DNA from: Parvularculaceae bacterium | GTDB taxonomy: Bacteria; Pseudomonadota; Alphaproteobacteria; Caulobacterales; Parvularculaceae | Assembly: GCA_041398145.1 (NCBI GenBank) | Contig: JAWKVF010000007.1 | Span: 2,385 to 66,384, forward strand | Length of the DNA: 64,000 nucleotides | Reading direction: 5' to 3' | In this document: positions 49,304-58,022 of the stretch, piece after piece | Position numbering within the stretch: position 1 is the first letter of the stretch | How the letters are laid out: every line of letters starts with the position of its first letter | Notes under the pieces: model-generated | What the model saw: the letters and a program-made list of their open reading frames with translations, nothing else | What the model was told of the DNA's origin: nothing | Database searches by the model: none | Made by a program: the position numbers and the translations under genes

Positions 49304-50166
49304 GCGCAGCCCCGGATTTAACGCATGTTTCGCGCGCTGAACGCGACCAGCGTCTTGGCGCAACATTGGTGCGCATGGGCAAACTTGACGGCGAGGCGAT
49401 CAACAGGATTGTCGAAGCGCAGCGGCGAATGAAGGCGCCATTTGCTTCGGCCGCTTCACGGCTTGGCCTTGTCAGCAAGGAAGATTTACATACCGCGCTC
49501 GGCGTTCAGCACGGGTTTTTGCGTATCGACGAGACGGAGGGCAAGCTTCCCAAGGCGATGTTGACGGTGCGCCGGCCGGCCTCGCCTGAGGCAGCGCAGT
49601 TCCGCGCGATGCGCGCGCGCATGCTGACGTCGAAAAACCGCGATGACGTGAAGGCGTTTGCGATTGCGTCGAATACGACAAGCCGCGAGTCTGATTACGT
49701 GGCGCTAAATCTCGCCGCCAGTTTCGCACAGTTGAAAAAACGCGTGCTGCTCGTCGATACCGATATGCGCGCGCCGCGCCTTGCGCGATATTTTTCGATG
49801 CCGGCGGGGCCGGGCCTTCGCGATGTGTTGGGGGCGGGCATCGACATTCGCAATGCGATTCGTGCTTCTATCGTTTCCAATCTCAGCGTGCTGACGGCTG
49901 GCGAAGGCGCTGGCGACGCTGACGACCTTCTTGCTGGCGATTTGCTTCGGCTCAGCGTTGAGTATTTGCGCTGCGCTTATGACAATGTCATCTACCTGAC
50001 GACGCCCTTCGGCGCATCGACGGACGCGCAATTTGTCTGGTCGACGGTTGGTAATGTTATGGTGGTGACCCGCCGTAATGAAGATCGCATGGCGCAGTTG
50101 AAATCGCTGCATGGCGCGCTGCGGCAGGTCGATGCCAATATTATCGGCGCGGCGCTCGCCGGATAG
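49300..50166 (+). CDS. epsG: EpsG/CpsD-CapB-like BY-kinase homologue with degenerate Walker motifs and an N-terminal MshEN-like module
   Basis: EAAQFRAMR, ALNLAASFAQL, LLVDTDMRAP, PGLRDVL; N-terminal RLGATLVRMGKL...Q. Confidence 0.85.
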   Translation: MSAAPDLTHVSRAERDQRLGATLVRMGKLDGEAINRIVEAQRRMKAPFASAASRLGLVSKEDLHTALGVQHGFLRIDETEGKLPKAMLTVRRPASPEAAQFRAMRARMLTSKNRDDVKAFAIASNTTSRESDYVALNLAASFAQLKKRVLLVDTDMRAPRLARYFSMPAGPGLRDVLGAGIDIRNAIRASIVSNLSVLTAGEGAGDADDLLAGDLLRLSVEYLRCAYDNVIYLTTPFGASTDAQFVWSTVGNVMVVTRRNEDRMAQLKSLHGALRQVDANIIGAALAG

Positions 50167-50173
50167 GCGCGCG

Positions 50174-51061
50174 ATGTCAGCGCCCGCTCAAACCGCTCAC
50201 TCCAGTCTCAAGCAGGCGCCGCTCGCCGGCGCAGTGTTCTGCCTTGGCTGGCTGGTGCTGTATCTGCCGGCTTACCTCGATTTTGCAGACAGCGCCTGGC
50301 GGCGCGCTGAAAACGGGCATGTGCTGTTCATCATGGCGGTGATCGCCGGCGCCGCCGGGGCGCGCCTCGCTGCGGGCGGAATTGTCGTCACGAAAAATCT
50401 CATGGCGCAGGTGGCGGGGCTCGCCTCGCTTGGTTTTGGCCTCGGCGCGTTTGCCATCGGCCGCGCCGCGGAAGCGGAAGTTATCACTTCCGCCTCGCAG
50501 GCGCCGGTCGCGCTCGGCGTCGTCCTGATCCTGTTTGGATGGCGCGGCGTATTGCGCCTGTGGTTTTCGCTGGCGATGATTTTTTATCTCATCATCTGGC
50601 CGGGCTGGCTGCTCGACGGGTTGACTGCGCCGTTAAAAATGCTGGTCTCGCAATTGGTCGCCAACGGGCTGCACGCCGCTGGCCTGCCGGTTGCTCATGC
50701 CGGCGCCGTGATCGCCGCCGGGCCATATCATTTACTGGTCGCCGATGCGTGTTCTGGCCTCAACTCGCTGATTGCGCTGACCTCAGTCGGCGCGATTTAT
50801 CTTTATGCGGCAAAGCATGGCGACTGGCGGGTTAACGCCGTCGTCATCGCCAGTCTGGCGCCAATTGCAATTCTCGCCAATATGCTGCGCGTCACGATCC
50901 TTGTGCTGATTACCTTTTGTTTCGGCTATGATGCGGGGCAGGGATTCCTTCATGACGGCGCTGGACTTGTCATGTTCGCCGCGGCGCTCGCAACCGTTTT
51001 TGCAGTTGACGCTCTCGCCATGTGGGCGTTCTCGATATCGGCAAAGGAGCGGCGGTCATGA
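50174..51061 (+). CDS. Exosortase (EpsH/XrtB/XrtV type)
   Basis: Catalytic Cys (VADACSGLNSL), Arg (ANMLRV) and His (FLHDGAG); about 8 TM helices. Confidence 0.95.
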   Translation: MSAPAQTAHSSLKQAPLAGAVFCLGWLVLYLPAYLDFADSAWRRAENGHVLFIMAVIAGAAGARLAAGGIVVTKNLMAQVAGLASLGFGLGAFAIGRAAEAEVITSASQAPVALGVVLILFGWRGVLRLWFSLAMIFYLIIWPGWLLDGLTAPLKMLVSQLVANGLHAAGLPVAHAGAVIAAGPYHLLVADACSGLNSLIALTSVGAIYLYAAKHGDWRVNAVVIASLAPIAILANMLRVTILVLITFCFGYDAGQGFLHDGAGLVMFAAALATVFAVDALAMWAFSISAKERRS

Positions 51062-51720
51062 GCGCGCTGCTGCCGCGGACGATTTTTGTTTCACTGCTGC
51101 TTGTCTTCGCTTCCCTGGCGACGGCGCGGCTTGAGCCGGTTGCGCCTGCGGCGATTGTCGCGCCCGATATCGACGCGTTGTTGCCAGACGAATTCGGCGT
51201 TTGGCGGCGCATCGCGCTCTCTGATGCCGTGTTGCCGCAGGATATCGAGCTTGGCCCCGGCGAGGCGGTTTCATATCGCGCTTATGCGGATGATCTTGGC
51301 CGGGTCGTAACGCTTGTCGCTGCTTATGGGCCGCCGCTTGGCGATTCGGTTCGCCTGCACCGGCCGGAAAGCTGTTACGTCGCGCAAGGGTTCACGATCC
51401 TTGAGCGAAGCGAAGAGCAACTGCTTCTCAATGCGCGCCTGCGCCCGGTGGTGCATCTGTCGACGCAAAGCCCGTCTCGCCGCGAGGCGGTAAGCTATTG
51501 GCTGCGCAGCGGGCCGGCGTTCACCACAGACGCGGCGCAAAGTCAGTGGGCGGCGTTATTCAAGCGCCAGACCGCGCCGCTCGACGGGGCGCTGGTTCGC
51601 GTCTCGACGGTTTCAGGCCGACGCCCGGCGTTTGAGGTTCATAATAATTTTCTCGAAGCGTTTTCCGGCGCGCTCACGCCCATGGGGCGGCGCGTCTTGT
51701 TGGGCGAGGGCGGCGCATGA
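51058..51720 (+). CDS. epsI: Exosortase-associated EpsI family protein
   Basis: LLPDEFGVWR, RLHRPESCYVAQGF, DGALVRVST. Confidence 0.9.
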   Translation: MSALLPRTIFVSLLLVFASLATARLEPVAPAAIVAPDIDALLPDEFGVWRRIALSDAVLPQDIELGPGEAVSYRAYADDLGRVVTLVAAYGPPLGDSVRLHRPESCYVAQGFTILERSEEQLLLNARLRPVVHLSTQSPSRREAVSYWLRSGPAFTTDAAQSQWAALFKRQTAPLDGALVRVSTVSGRRPAFEVHNNFLEAFSGALTPMGRRVLLGEGGA

Positions 51721-52718
51721 CCGGCGCGCGCCGCTTCGGCGCTGTCATCGTCAATTATAATTGCGCGCCGCTGGCCCTCGACGCCGCGCTCAGTTTTCTC
51801 GGCGCCGGCGGCGCCAAAGCGGTGGTCGTCGATAACGCTTCGACCGATGACAGCGTCGTCTATCTGCGGCGCATCCTGTCGGGCGCAGAACGCCATGCGC
51901 CGGTTGCGCCGCGCGATCCGCTTGCCGGCGGCGAGGTTGTTTTCGCCGATCCGGCGTCTGTTCCGCCGGGCGCGTTGACGCTGATGCCGGCGCGAAAAAA
52001 TGGCGGCTTTGCCTATGGATCGAATATTGGCCTGCGGGCGCTGTCGGCGCTTTCAGGCATCGACCGGTTATTGCTGCTTAACCCCGACGCGCTTGTCTCC
52101 AGGGGCGCCTTGGCCGCATTTTCGCGCCGGCTCGATGACGCCGCCGCTGGACTTTGCGGCGCAACCGTCGTCGAATTCGATGCGCCGCACAGGGTGCAGG
52201 CGTTTGGCGGCGCGTCGTTTAACCGGTTGTCGCTGATCGGGCGCAATCTCGGACAGGGCGAGGACCCGGCATATGCACCGGATAGAAACGTGATCGAGGC
52301 GCGTCTTGGCTATCCTCTCGGCGCGGCGATTGCATTGCATAAGGATTACCTGGCGCGCGCCGGTTATCTCGATGAGCGGTATTTTCTTTATTACGAAGAG
52401 GTCGACTGGGCGTTCGCCGGCGGATCGGCGTTTCGTCCTGTCTGGGCGCCGGACGCGATCGTTTATCACCGCTATGGCGCGGCGTCGAAAAGCGTCAGGA
52501 CCGGTCCTGACGCGCCATCGCAAAGGTCGGCTCTTTCCGATTACCACATGGCGCGTTCGCGCAGATTGTTCGCCGCCAAATGGGCGCCGGCTTTGTTCCC
52601 GTCCACGATTGCGCTAGGGGCTGCGCAGGCCGCGCGTCGGGCGTTGCGCGGGCGACATGAAAACGCCGCCGCCGTGTTACGCGGCGCCATGCCGGGCAGT
52701 TCAAGAACATTCGCCTGA
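51717..52718 (+). CDS. Glycosyltransferase family 2
   Basis: IVNYN, VVDNASTDDS, NGGFAYGSN, LLNPDA, FLYYEEVDW. Confidence 0.9.
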   Translation: MTGARRFGAVIVNYNCAPLALDAALSFLGAGGAKAVVVDNASTDDSVVYLRRILSGAERHAPVAPRDPLAGGEVVFADPASVPPGALTLMPARKNGGFAYGSNIGLRALSALSGIDRLLLLNPDALVSRGALAAFSRRLDDAAAGLCGATVVEFDAPHRVQAFGGASFNRLSLIGRNLGQGEDPAYAPDRNVIEARLGYPLGAAIALHKDYLARAGYLDERYFLYYEEVDWAFAGGSAFRPVWAPDAIVYHRYGAASKSVRTGPDAPSQRSALSDYHMARSRRLFAAKWAPALFPSTIALGAAQAARRALRGRHENAAAVLRGAMPGSSRTFA

Positions 52719-52801
52719 TCTGACAAACATGGATGCGCCGGTTTGTCAGTTCGCGCAGCGCCTGCTATCAACGATTGAGATTCCAGCGCCGTCGAAAAAT
52801 C

Positions 52802-54253
52802 ATGCAAGCCGAACAACAAGAACCGACACCGCAGCCGGAACCGGCGCCCGCCACGCCCGAATCCGATGGAAATGACGGTTTTATGTTGGGCGATGACGGG
52901 TCCGCCATTGACGAACTGATCGGCGCGGACGGGTTGAGCGCTCAAATTTCCGACTGGGCCGTCTGGCTGAAACAGAATATGTGGTCGCTCGACAGCGGCG
53001 TCCAACTGGCGATTATATTAGCGGCGCTGGTGCCGGCGGCGGTTTTTGGCCCGCAGATCAAAAAGCTGATCATGACCCAGATTGCGCCGCGCGCGCCGTA
53101 TGGGGCGTTGCGCCGGGCGGCGAATGCGTTTGCGCATATCGCAATGCCGATAGCGCTGTTCCTGATCTGGCAGGCCGCCGTGGTCACGCTCGGCGCCATG
53201 GATCACTCGAATGCGATTATCCAGGCGGCGGTGAGCCTGCTGTCGGCGTGGATCATCATCCGTATGGTTACGCTGGTTATCAGATCGCCGTTCTGGTCGC
53301 GGGCGGCGTTTTACATGGTCTGGCCGATTGCCGCGCTCGATGCGTTCGGCGTGCTTGACGACGTCATCCGTCAGCTTGATCGCGCCTCGGTGCCGATCGG
53401 CCAATCCGATTCCGGTCAGACGATCGAGTTTTCCGCCCTCGATGCTATCCGCACCATCGTAATTTTCATCGCCCTGTTCTGGGTCGCCAATTTTTTCAGC
53501 CGGTTTTTGAAAAGCCGCATTTCCGCCGTGGACGAACTGACGCCGTCGTTGCAGGCGCTGCTAATCAAGATACTCGATATTTTGATGCCGGTCGTCGCCT
53601 TCCTGCTGGCGTTGCAGATTGTGGGCTTCAACTTCGCCACGCTGGCGATCTTCGGCGGCGCGGTCGGCCTTGGGATCGGTCTCGGGCTTCAAAGCACGAT
53701 TTCAAACTTTTTCGCCGGCTTTACCCTGATCGCCGACAAATCGATCAAGCCCGGCGACGTGGTCGAGGTCGGACAGACCTTCGGCTGGGTGACGGAAATG
53801 AACGCGCGTTACGTGACAGTGCGCACCCGCGACGGCAAATCCCACCTGATTCCGAATGACAAATTCATTGATGATGGGGTCATTAACTGGTCGCATTCCG
53901 ACCGTATCGTGCGCGTCCACGCCCAGTTTGGCGTCAGCTATGCCCAGACTGATTTGCGCGCTGTCAAAAAAGCGGCGGAAGAAACCGCGCTGACCGTTGA
54001 TCGGGTGCTGAAGTCGCCTTCGCCGATGTGCAATCTTGTCGAATTCGGCGATAATTCAGTGAATTTCGACCTGCGCTTCTGGATTAACGATCCCGCCAAC
54101 GGCGTCTCGAACGTCACCAGTCTGGTCATGCTCGCCTTGTGGGAGCGGTTGCACGAAATGGGCGTCGAAATCCCGTTCCCGCAGCGCGATATCCATATAA
54201 AATCGCTTCCCGCCGGGTTTTCGATCACCCGCGACGACCCGCCCGCGGCTTAA
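52802..54253 (+). CDS. MscS family mechanosensitive channel
   Basis: GGAVGLGIGLGLQSTISNFFAG, IKPGDVVEVG, IPNDKFI, VEIPFPQRDIH. Confidence 0.93.
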   Translation: MQAEQQEPTPQPEPAPATPESDGNDGFMLGDDGSAIDELIGADGLSAQISDWAVWLKQNMWSLDSGVQLAIILAALVPAAVFGPQIKKLIMTQIAPRAPYGALRRAANAFAHIAMPIALFLIWQAAVVTLGAMDHSNAIIQAAVSLLSAWIIIRMVTLVIRSPFWSRAAFYMVWPIAALDAFGVLDDVIRQLDRASVPIGQSDSGQTIEFSALDAIRTIVIFIALFWVANFFSRFLKSRISAVDELTPSLQALLIKILDILMPVVAFLLALQIVGFNFATLAIFGGAVGLGIGLGLQSTISNFFAGFTLIADKSIKPGDVVEVGQTFGWVTEMNARYVTVRTRDGKSHLIPNDKFIDDGVINWSHSDRIVRVHAQFGVSYAQTDLRAVKKAAEETALTVDRVLKSPSPMCNLVEFGDNSVNFDLRFWINDPANGVSNVTSLVMLALWERLHEMGVEIPFPQRDIHIKSLPAGFSITRDDPPAA

Positions 54254-54363
54254 TTTCTTCCGATCCTTTGTCAGCCAGCCCTGTCGGCGCTATAATCATC
54301 GGGCTTGGGGCCGTGCGGCGATGCTGTCGTCCACGCGCGGGGGTTTGTGTGAAGGAGATTGTC

Positions 54364-54903
54364 ATGATGAAAAAAATTGCCATGGCGGCGTTAGCGGCGG
54401 TGACGTTGGCCGCCTGCGCGTCGTCGACGCCTTATGGCCCGGCGAGCGCGAACAACCCATACGGATTTTCTGAACAGCGCATCGAGCAGAACCGCTATCG
54501 GATCGTATTCCGCGGCAATTCATCGACGACGCGCGAGGCGGTCGAAACCTATCTGCTCTATCGCGCCGCCGAGTTGACGCTGCAAAGCGGGTTCGACCAC
54601 TTCGTTGTCACCGAGCAGGATACCGAGGCGAATACCAGATATTCCTCATCGCCCAATGCCGCGTTCTTCGGACGCTACAGCTATGGGTACGGACCATATT
54701 GCTGTGCGTTTCCGTATTACGCCTATGGCTGGGGCTGGGGTTCGCCTTACGATTCGTACGATACGCGTGAAATCACGCGCTATACCGCGATCGCGTTTGT
54801 CACCATGCACGCGGGGCCAAAGCCGGCTGATAATCCGCAGGCGTTCGACGCGCGCGACGTGGTCGACAATCTGCGCAGCTATGTCGTCGTCCCGGCGAGC
54901 TGA
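54364..54903 (+). CDS. Lipoprotein (CC0125/CC1285-like)
   Basis: Lipobox LAAC; YGFSEQRIEQNRYRIVFRGNS; YLLYRAAELTL. Confidence 0.82.
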   Translation: MMKKIAMAALAAVTLAACASSTPYGPASANNPYGFSEQRIEQNRYRIVFRGNSSTTREAVETYLLYRAAELTLQSGFDHFVVTEQDTEANTRYSSSPNAAFFGRYSYGYGPYCCAFPYYAYGWGWGSPYDSYDTREITRYTAIAFVTMHAGPKPADNPQAFDARDVVDNLRSYVVVPAS

Positions 54904-54909
54904 TATAGG

Positions 54910-55524
54910 TTAAACGGCGTGTAGTTTGGCGGCGGGCGGTTGCTCGCCGCCTTCGCGCGTTTCGCCCTTTTCATAGACTGCAACGAAGCCGCGCGGGGTG
55001 TGCCGCATGACGATGGCGCGCATGCGGCCAACGTGAATTTGCGTGCCGACCGCCGGTTTTCTAGGCGATTCCACCGACACCCCGTCCACCGACATATCAA
55101 TAACGCGCACGAACAACGACCCGCCGCTTGGCAGGCGGCAAACCATGCGATGATCGTGCGACGGGTGGCGAGGCGCAGTACGGCGGTCGCCGAGTCCCTC
55201 GGCGAAGGCGGGGTTAACCTGCAACATGAGCTGTTCGGTCAACAGCGCGCGTCGGCGACGTGATAAAAGAAACGACAGGGCGAATCCGTCGGGGGTGACG
55301 CGGGCGATGCGTCCCTCAATGACATCAAGACCGGATATATACAACACCGCGGCGTCGCCCACGACGACATTGGCCTTAACGCGCACGGCGAGATCGCCAG
55401 GCGAGATATTGACGAGACGGCCGTCATATTCGTCGATGCCGTTAACGATCACCCGGGCCGGCAGGTCGAGCGGCACGCGGCGATATCGACGCAATTCCGA
55501 TTTCTGGTTTTTTCTGGTGAGCAC
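54910..55524 (-). CDS. Tandem PilZ domain protein
   Basis: RRYRR...NISPGD and RTAPR...DMSVDG motifs; start may be 55548. Confidence 0.88.
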   Translation of the reverse strand: MLTRKNQKSELRRYRRVPLDLPARVIVNGIDEYDGRLVNISPGDLAVRVKANVVVGDAAVLYISGLDVIEGRIARVTPDGFALSFLLSRRRRALLTEQLMLQVNPAFAEGLGDRRTAPRHPSHDHRMVCRLPSGGSLFVRVIDMSVDGVSVESPRKPAVGTQIHVGRMRAIVMRHTPRGFVAVYEKGETREGGEQPPAAKLHAV

Positions 55525-55723
55525 GCTTCCGCAACCCTTGAGCAACAATCCCCAACCTGACGCAATCGTAAGGTGGGATGCTCAAGCCTTTGCTAATACG
55601 GCGCCAAAAAATTTAGCGGTCTGGCGCGCAAACCTTAAAAAAACCGGCCAGCCCCGCGCCGGCTTTTGACAAGGCCGACCACTTAGTTAAGGTTCGCGCC
55701 GCAGGCGGGGGCGCCGATGATCG

Positions 55724-55827
55724 CAAGGCGTTTTCCGATCAAGTAGACTCCGGTTGGTCGACGAAAACGCCCAATAAAGTGAATCTTGAGCAAACCCGCG
55801 CGCCGGTGCGCGCGGGACTTGCTCCGG
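55724..55827 (+). repeat. ~104-bp two-hairpin repeat, copy 7
   Basis: GGCGTTTTCCGATCAAGTAGACTCCGGTTGGTCGACGAAAACGCC-CAATAAAG...GAGCAA...TTGCTC aligns by eye with copy 1. Confidence 0.72.
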
Positions 55828-55906
55828 GTCTTGAGGGGGTGTCCGGGTTGGACATGTCGATCACAGCCGGCCGCGTGCCTTGCGCCATTTTGGGACAGGC
55901 GGCCCC

Positions 55907-58009
55907 ATGAGCGTGGCGCTGACGCTGCTTGGCGCCGCATCCGCGCTCGCGCTGCTTGCCGGCGCGATGGTCGCTGCTGGCGCGCGCCGCCGCAGAAATG
56001 AACGCGATCCGTATCTCTGGCTGGAGGAGGTTGAGGGAGAAAACGCCATCGACTGGGTTAAATCCCAAAATGACCGTTCGGTTGCGATATTAGAGGGCGA
56101 CCGGCGGTATAACGGGTTTCACCGCGCTGCGTTAGAGATCGTCAATTCCACCGAGAGAATCGCTGCGCCGTCGCTGATCGGCGACAAGGTTCGGAATTTC
56201 TGGCAAGATGAAAACGCCGTGCGCGGTTTGTGGCGCGAGGCCGAGCTGGATGACTATCTTTCGGGCGCGCCCGCTTGGCGGACCATCTGCGATTTTGACG
56301 CCCTGGCGGAATCGGAAAATGAAAACTGGGTTTTTCAGGGCGCCGACTATCTGCCGCCCGGATATCGGACCTGCATGGTGACGTTGTCGCGCGGCGGTTC
56401 AGACGCGGCGGTGCGGCGCGAGTTCGACCTTGCGCGCGGCCAGTTCGTTGAAGGCGGATTCATCCTGCCGGAATCGAAAGGCGCGACCGCCTGGCTTGAC
56501 GCCGATACGTTGCTGGTCGGCATTGATTTCGGCGATGGCGCGCTGACCAGTTCCGGCTATCCGCGCACGACGCGGCTGGTGCGGCGCGGCGCTGATCTCA
56601 AAACGTCGCCATTGGTGTTTGAAGGTGAGGAAAGCGACGTCGGCGTGTGGCCGCACACGATACGCCGCAGCGACAAGACTTACGCCTTCATCACCCGCGC
56701 GGTGACGTTTTTCGAGTCCGAATTCTACCTGCTTGATGACGCGCGCCAACCGCAAAAGCTGTCATTGCCGCTAAAATCAAGCATCGAAGGCGTTTATGAC
56801 GGCATGATCGTCGCCACGCTGCAACAGGACTGGCGCTGGCGCGGGGCGTCTTTTAAATCCGGCGATGTGATCGCGCTCGATCCGCGCCGCGACCGGGCCG
56901 AACTGGTATTTTCGCCGGCGCCGCACCAGGCCGTCGGCGCCGTTGATGCGAGCGAAGGCGCGCTTTATCTGCAATTGCTCGACAATGTTGTCGGTTCGGT
57001 CAAGAAGATCGTTCGTGAAAAGAAAATCTGGCGCGTTCAGGACATAAATCTGCCCGGAGACGGCGAGGTCTCGCTTGAATCAATTAATCCGTTAGGGGAG
57101 GATTTCTTTTTATTTTTCGACAACCCGGTTACGCCCGCGACGCTGCATTATATCGCGGCAAATGGCGAGCGCCGCGAGGTCAGGCAGAGCCCGCAATTCT
57201 TCAACGCCACGGGCGTCATTGTCGAACAACGCCAGGCGACGTCGAAAGACGGGGAAAAAATCCCGTATTTCATTATCGGGCGCAAAGATGTGATCGCCGC
57301 TGGCGATGCGCCGGTAATCCAGTATGGCTATGGCGGGTTTGAAGTGCCGGTGACGCCCGGTTATTCCGGCGTACTCGGCAAGCTATGGCTTGAACGCGGC
57401 GGCGTTTATGTAATCGCCAATATTCGCGGCGGCGGCGAATTTGGCCCACGATGGCATCAGGCGGCGCTGAAGGAAAAGCGCCAGAAGGGATTTGACGATT
57501 TCTTTGCGGTCTCTGAAGCGCTGATCAAAGCCGGGGTTACAAGTCCGTCGCGGCTTGGCGCCTATGGCGGCTCAAACGGCGGGTTGCTGATGGGTGTGGC
57601 GCTGACCCAGCGTCCCGAGCTTTACAACGCGCTGGCGATCGGCGTGCCGCTTCTCGACATGATGCGGTTTCATAAATTGCTTGCGGGCGCGAGCTGGGTA
57701 GGGGAATACGGCGATCCGGAGATTGAAAAGCAGCGCAAGGTAATTGAAAAATATTCGCCGTACCAGAATCTGAAAAGGAAAACGGATTATCCGTGCCCTT
57801 TCTTTTTTACCTCAACAAAAGATGATCGCGTCCATCCGGGCCATGCGCGCAAGATGGCGGCGCGGATGGCGGAATATGGCTATGACTTCCTGTATTACGA
57901 AAACATCGAGGGCGGGCATGGCGCGGCGGCCAATCAAAATCAGGCCGCTTACCGTGCGGCCCTGCAATATGTCTATTTCTCGCGACAATTAATGGATAAT
58001 CAGGAATAA
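55907..58009 (+). CDS. Prolyl oligopeptidase (S9A), paralog 1, N-terminal TM anchor
   Basis: DPYLWLE, GGSNGG, KDDRV, EGGHG. Confidence 0.95.
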   Translation: MSVALTLLGAASALALLAGAMVAAGARRRRNERDPYLWLEEVEGENAIDWVKSQNDRSVAILEGDRRYNGFHRAALEIVNSTERIAAPSLIGDKVRNFWQDENAVRGLWREAELDDYLSGAPAWRTICDFDALAESENENWVFQGADYLPPGYRTCMVTLSRGGSDAAVRREFDLARGQFVEGGFILPESKGATAWLDADTLLVGIDFGDGALTSSGYPRTTRLVRRGADLKTSPLVFEGEESDVGVWPHTIRRSDKTYAFITRAVTFFESEFYLLDDARQPQKLSLPLKSSIEGVYDGMIVATLQQDWRWRGASFKSGDVIALDPRRDRAELVFSPAPHQAVGAVDASEGALYLQLLDNVVGSVKKIVREKKIWRVQDINLPGDGEVSLESINPLGEDFFLFFDNPVTPATLHYIAANGERREVRQSPQFFNATGVIVEQRQATSKDGEKIPYFIIGRKDVIAAGDAPVIQYGYGGFEVPVTPGYSGVLGKLWLERGGVYVIANIRGGGEFGPRWHQAALKEKRQKGFDDFFAVSEALIKAGVTSPSRLGAYGGSNGGLLMGVALTQRPELYNALAIGVPLLDMMRFHKLLAGASWVGEYGDPEIEKQRKVIEKYSPYQNLKRKTDYPCPFFFTSTKDDRVHPGHARKMAARMAEYGYDFLYYENIEGGHGAAANQNQAAYRAALQYVYFSRQLMDNQE

Positions 58010-58022
58010 GGAGTATCCCTCT

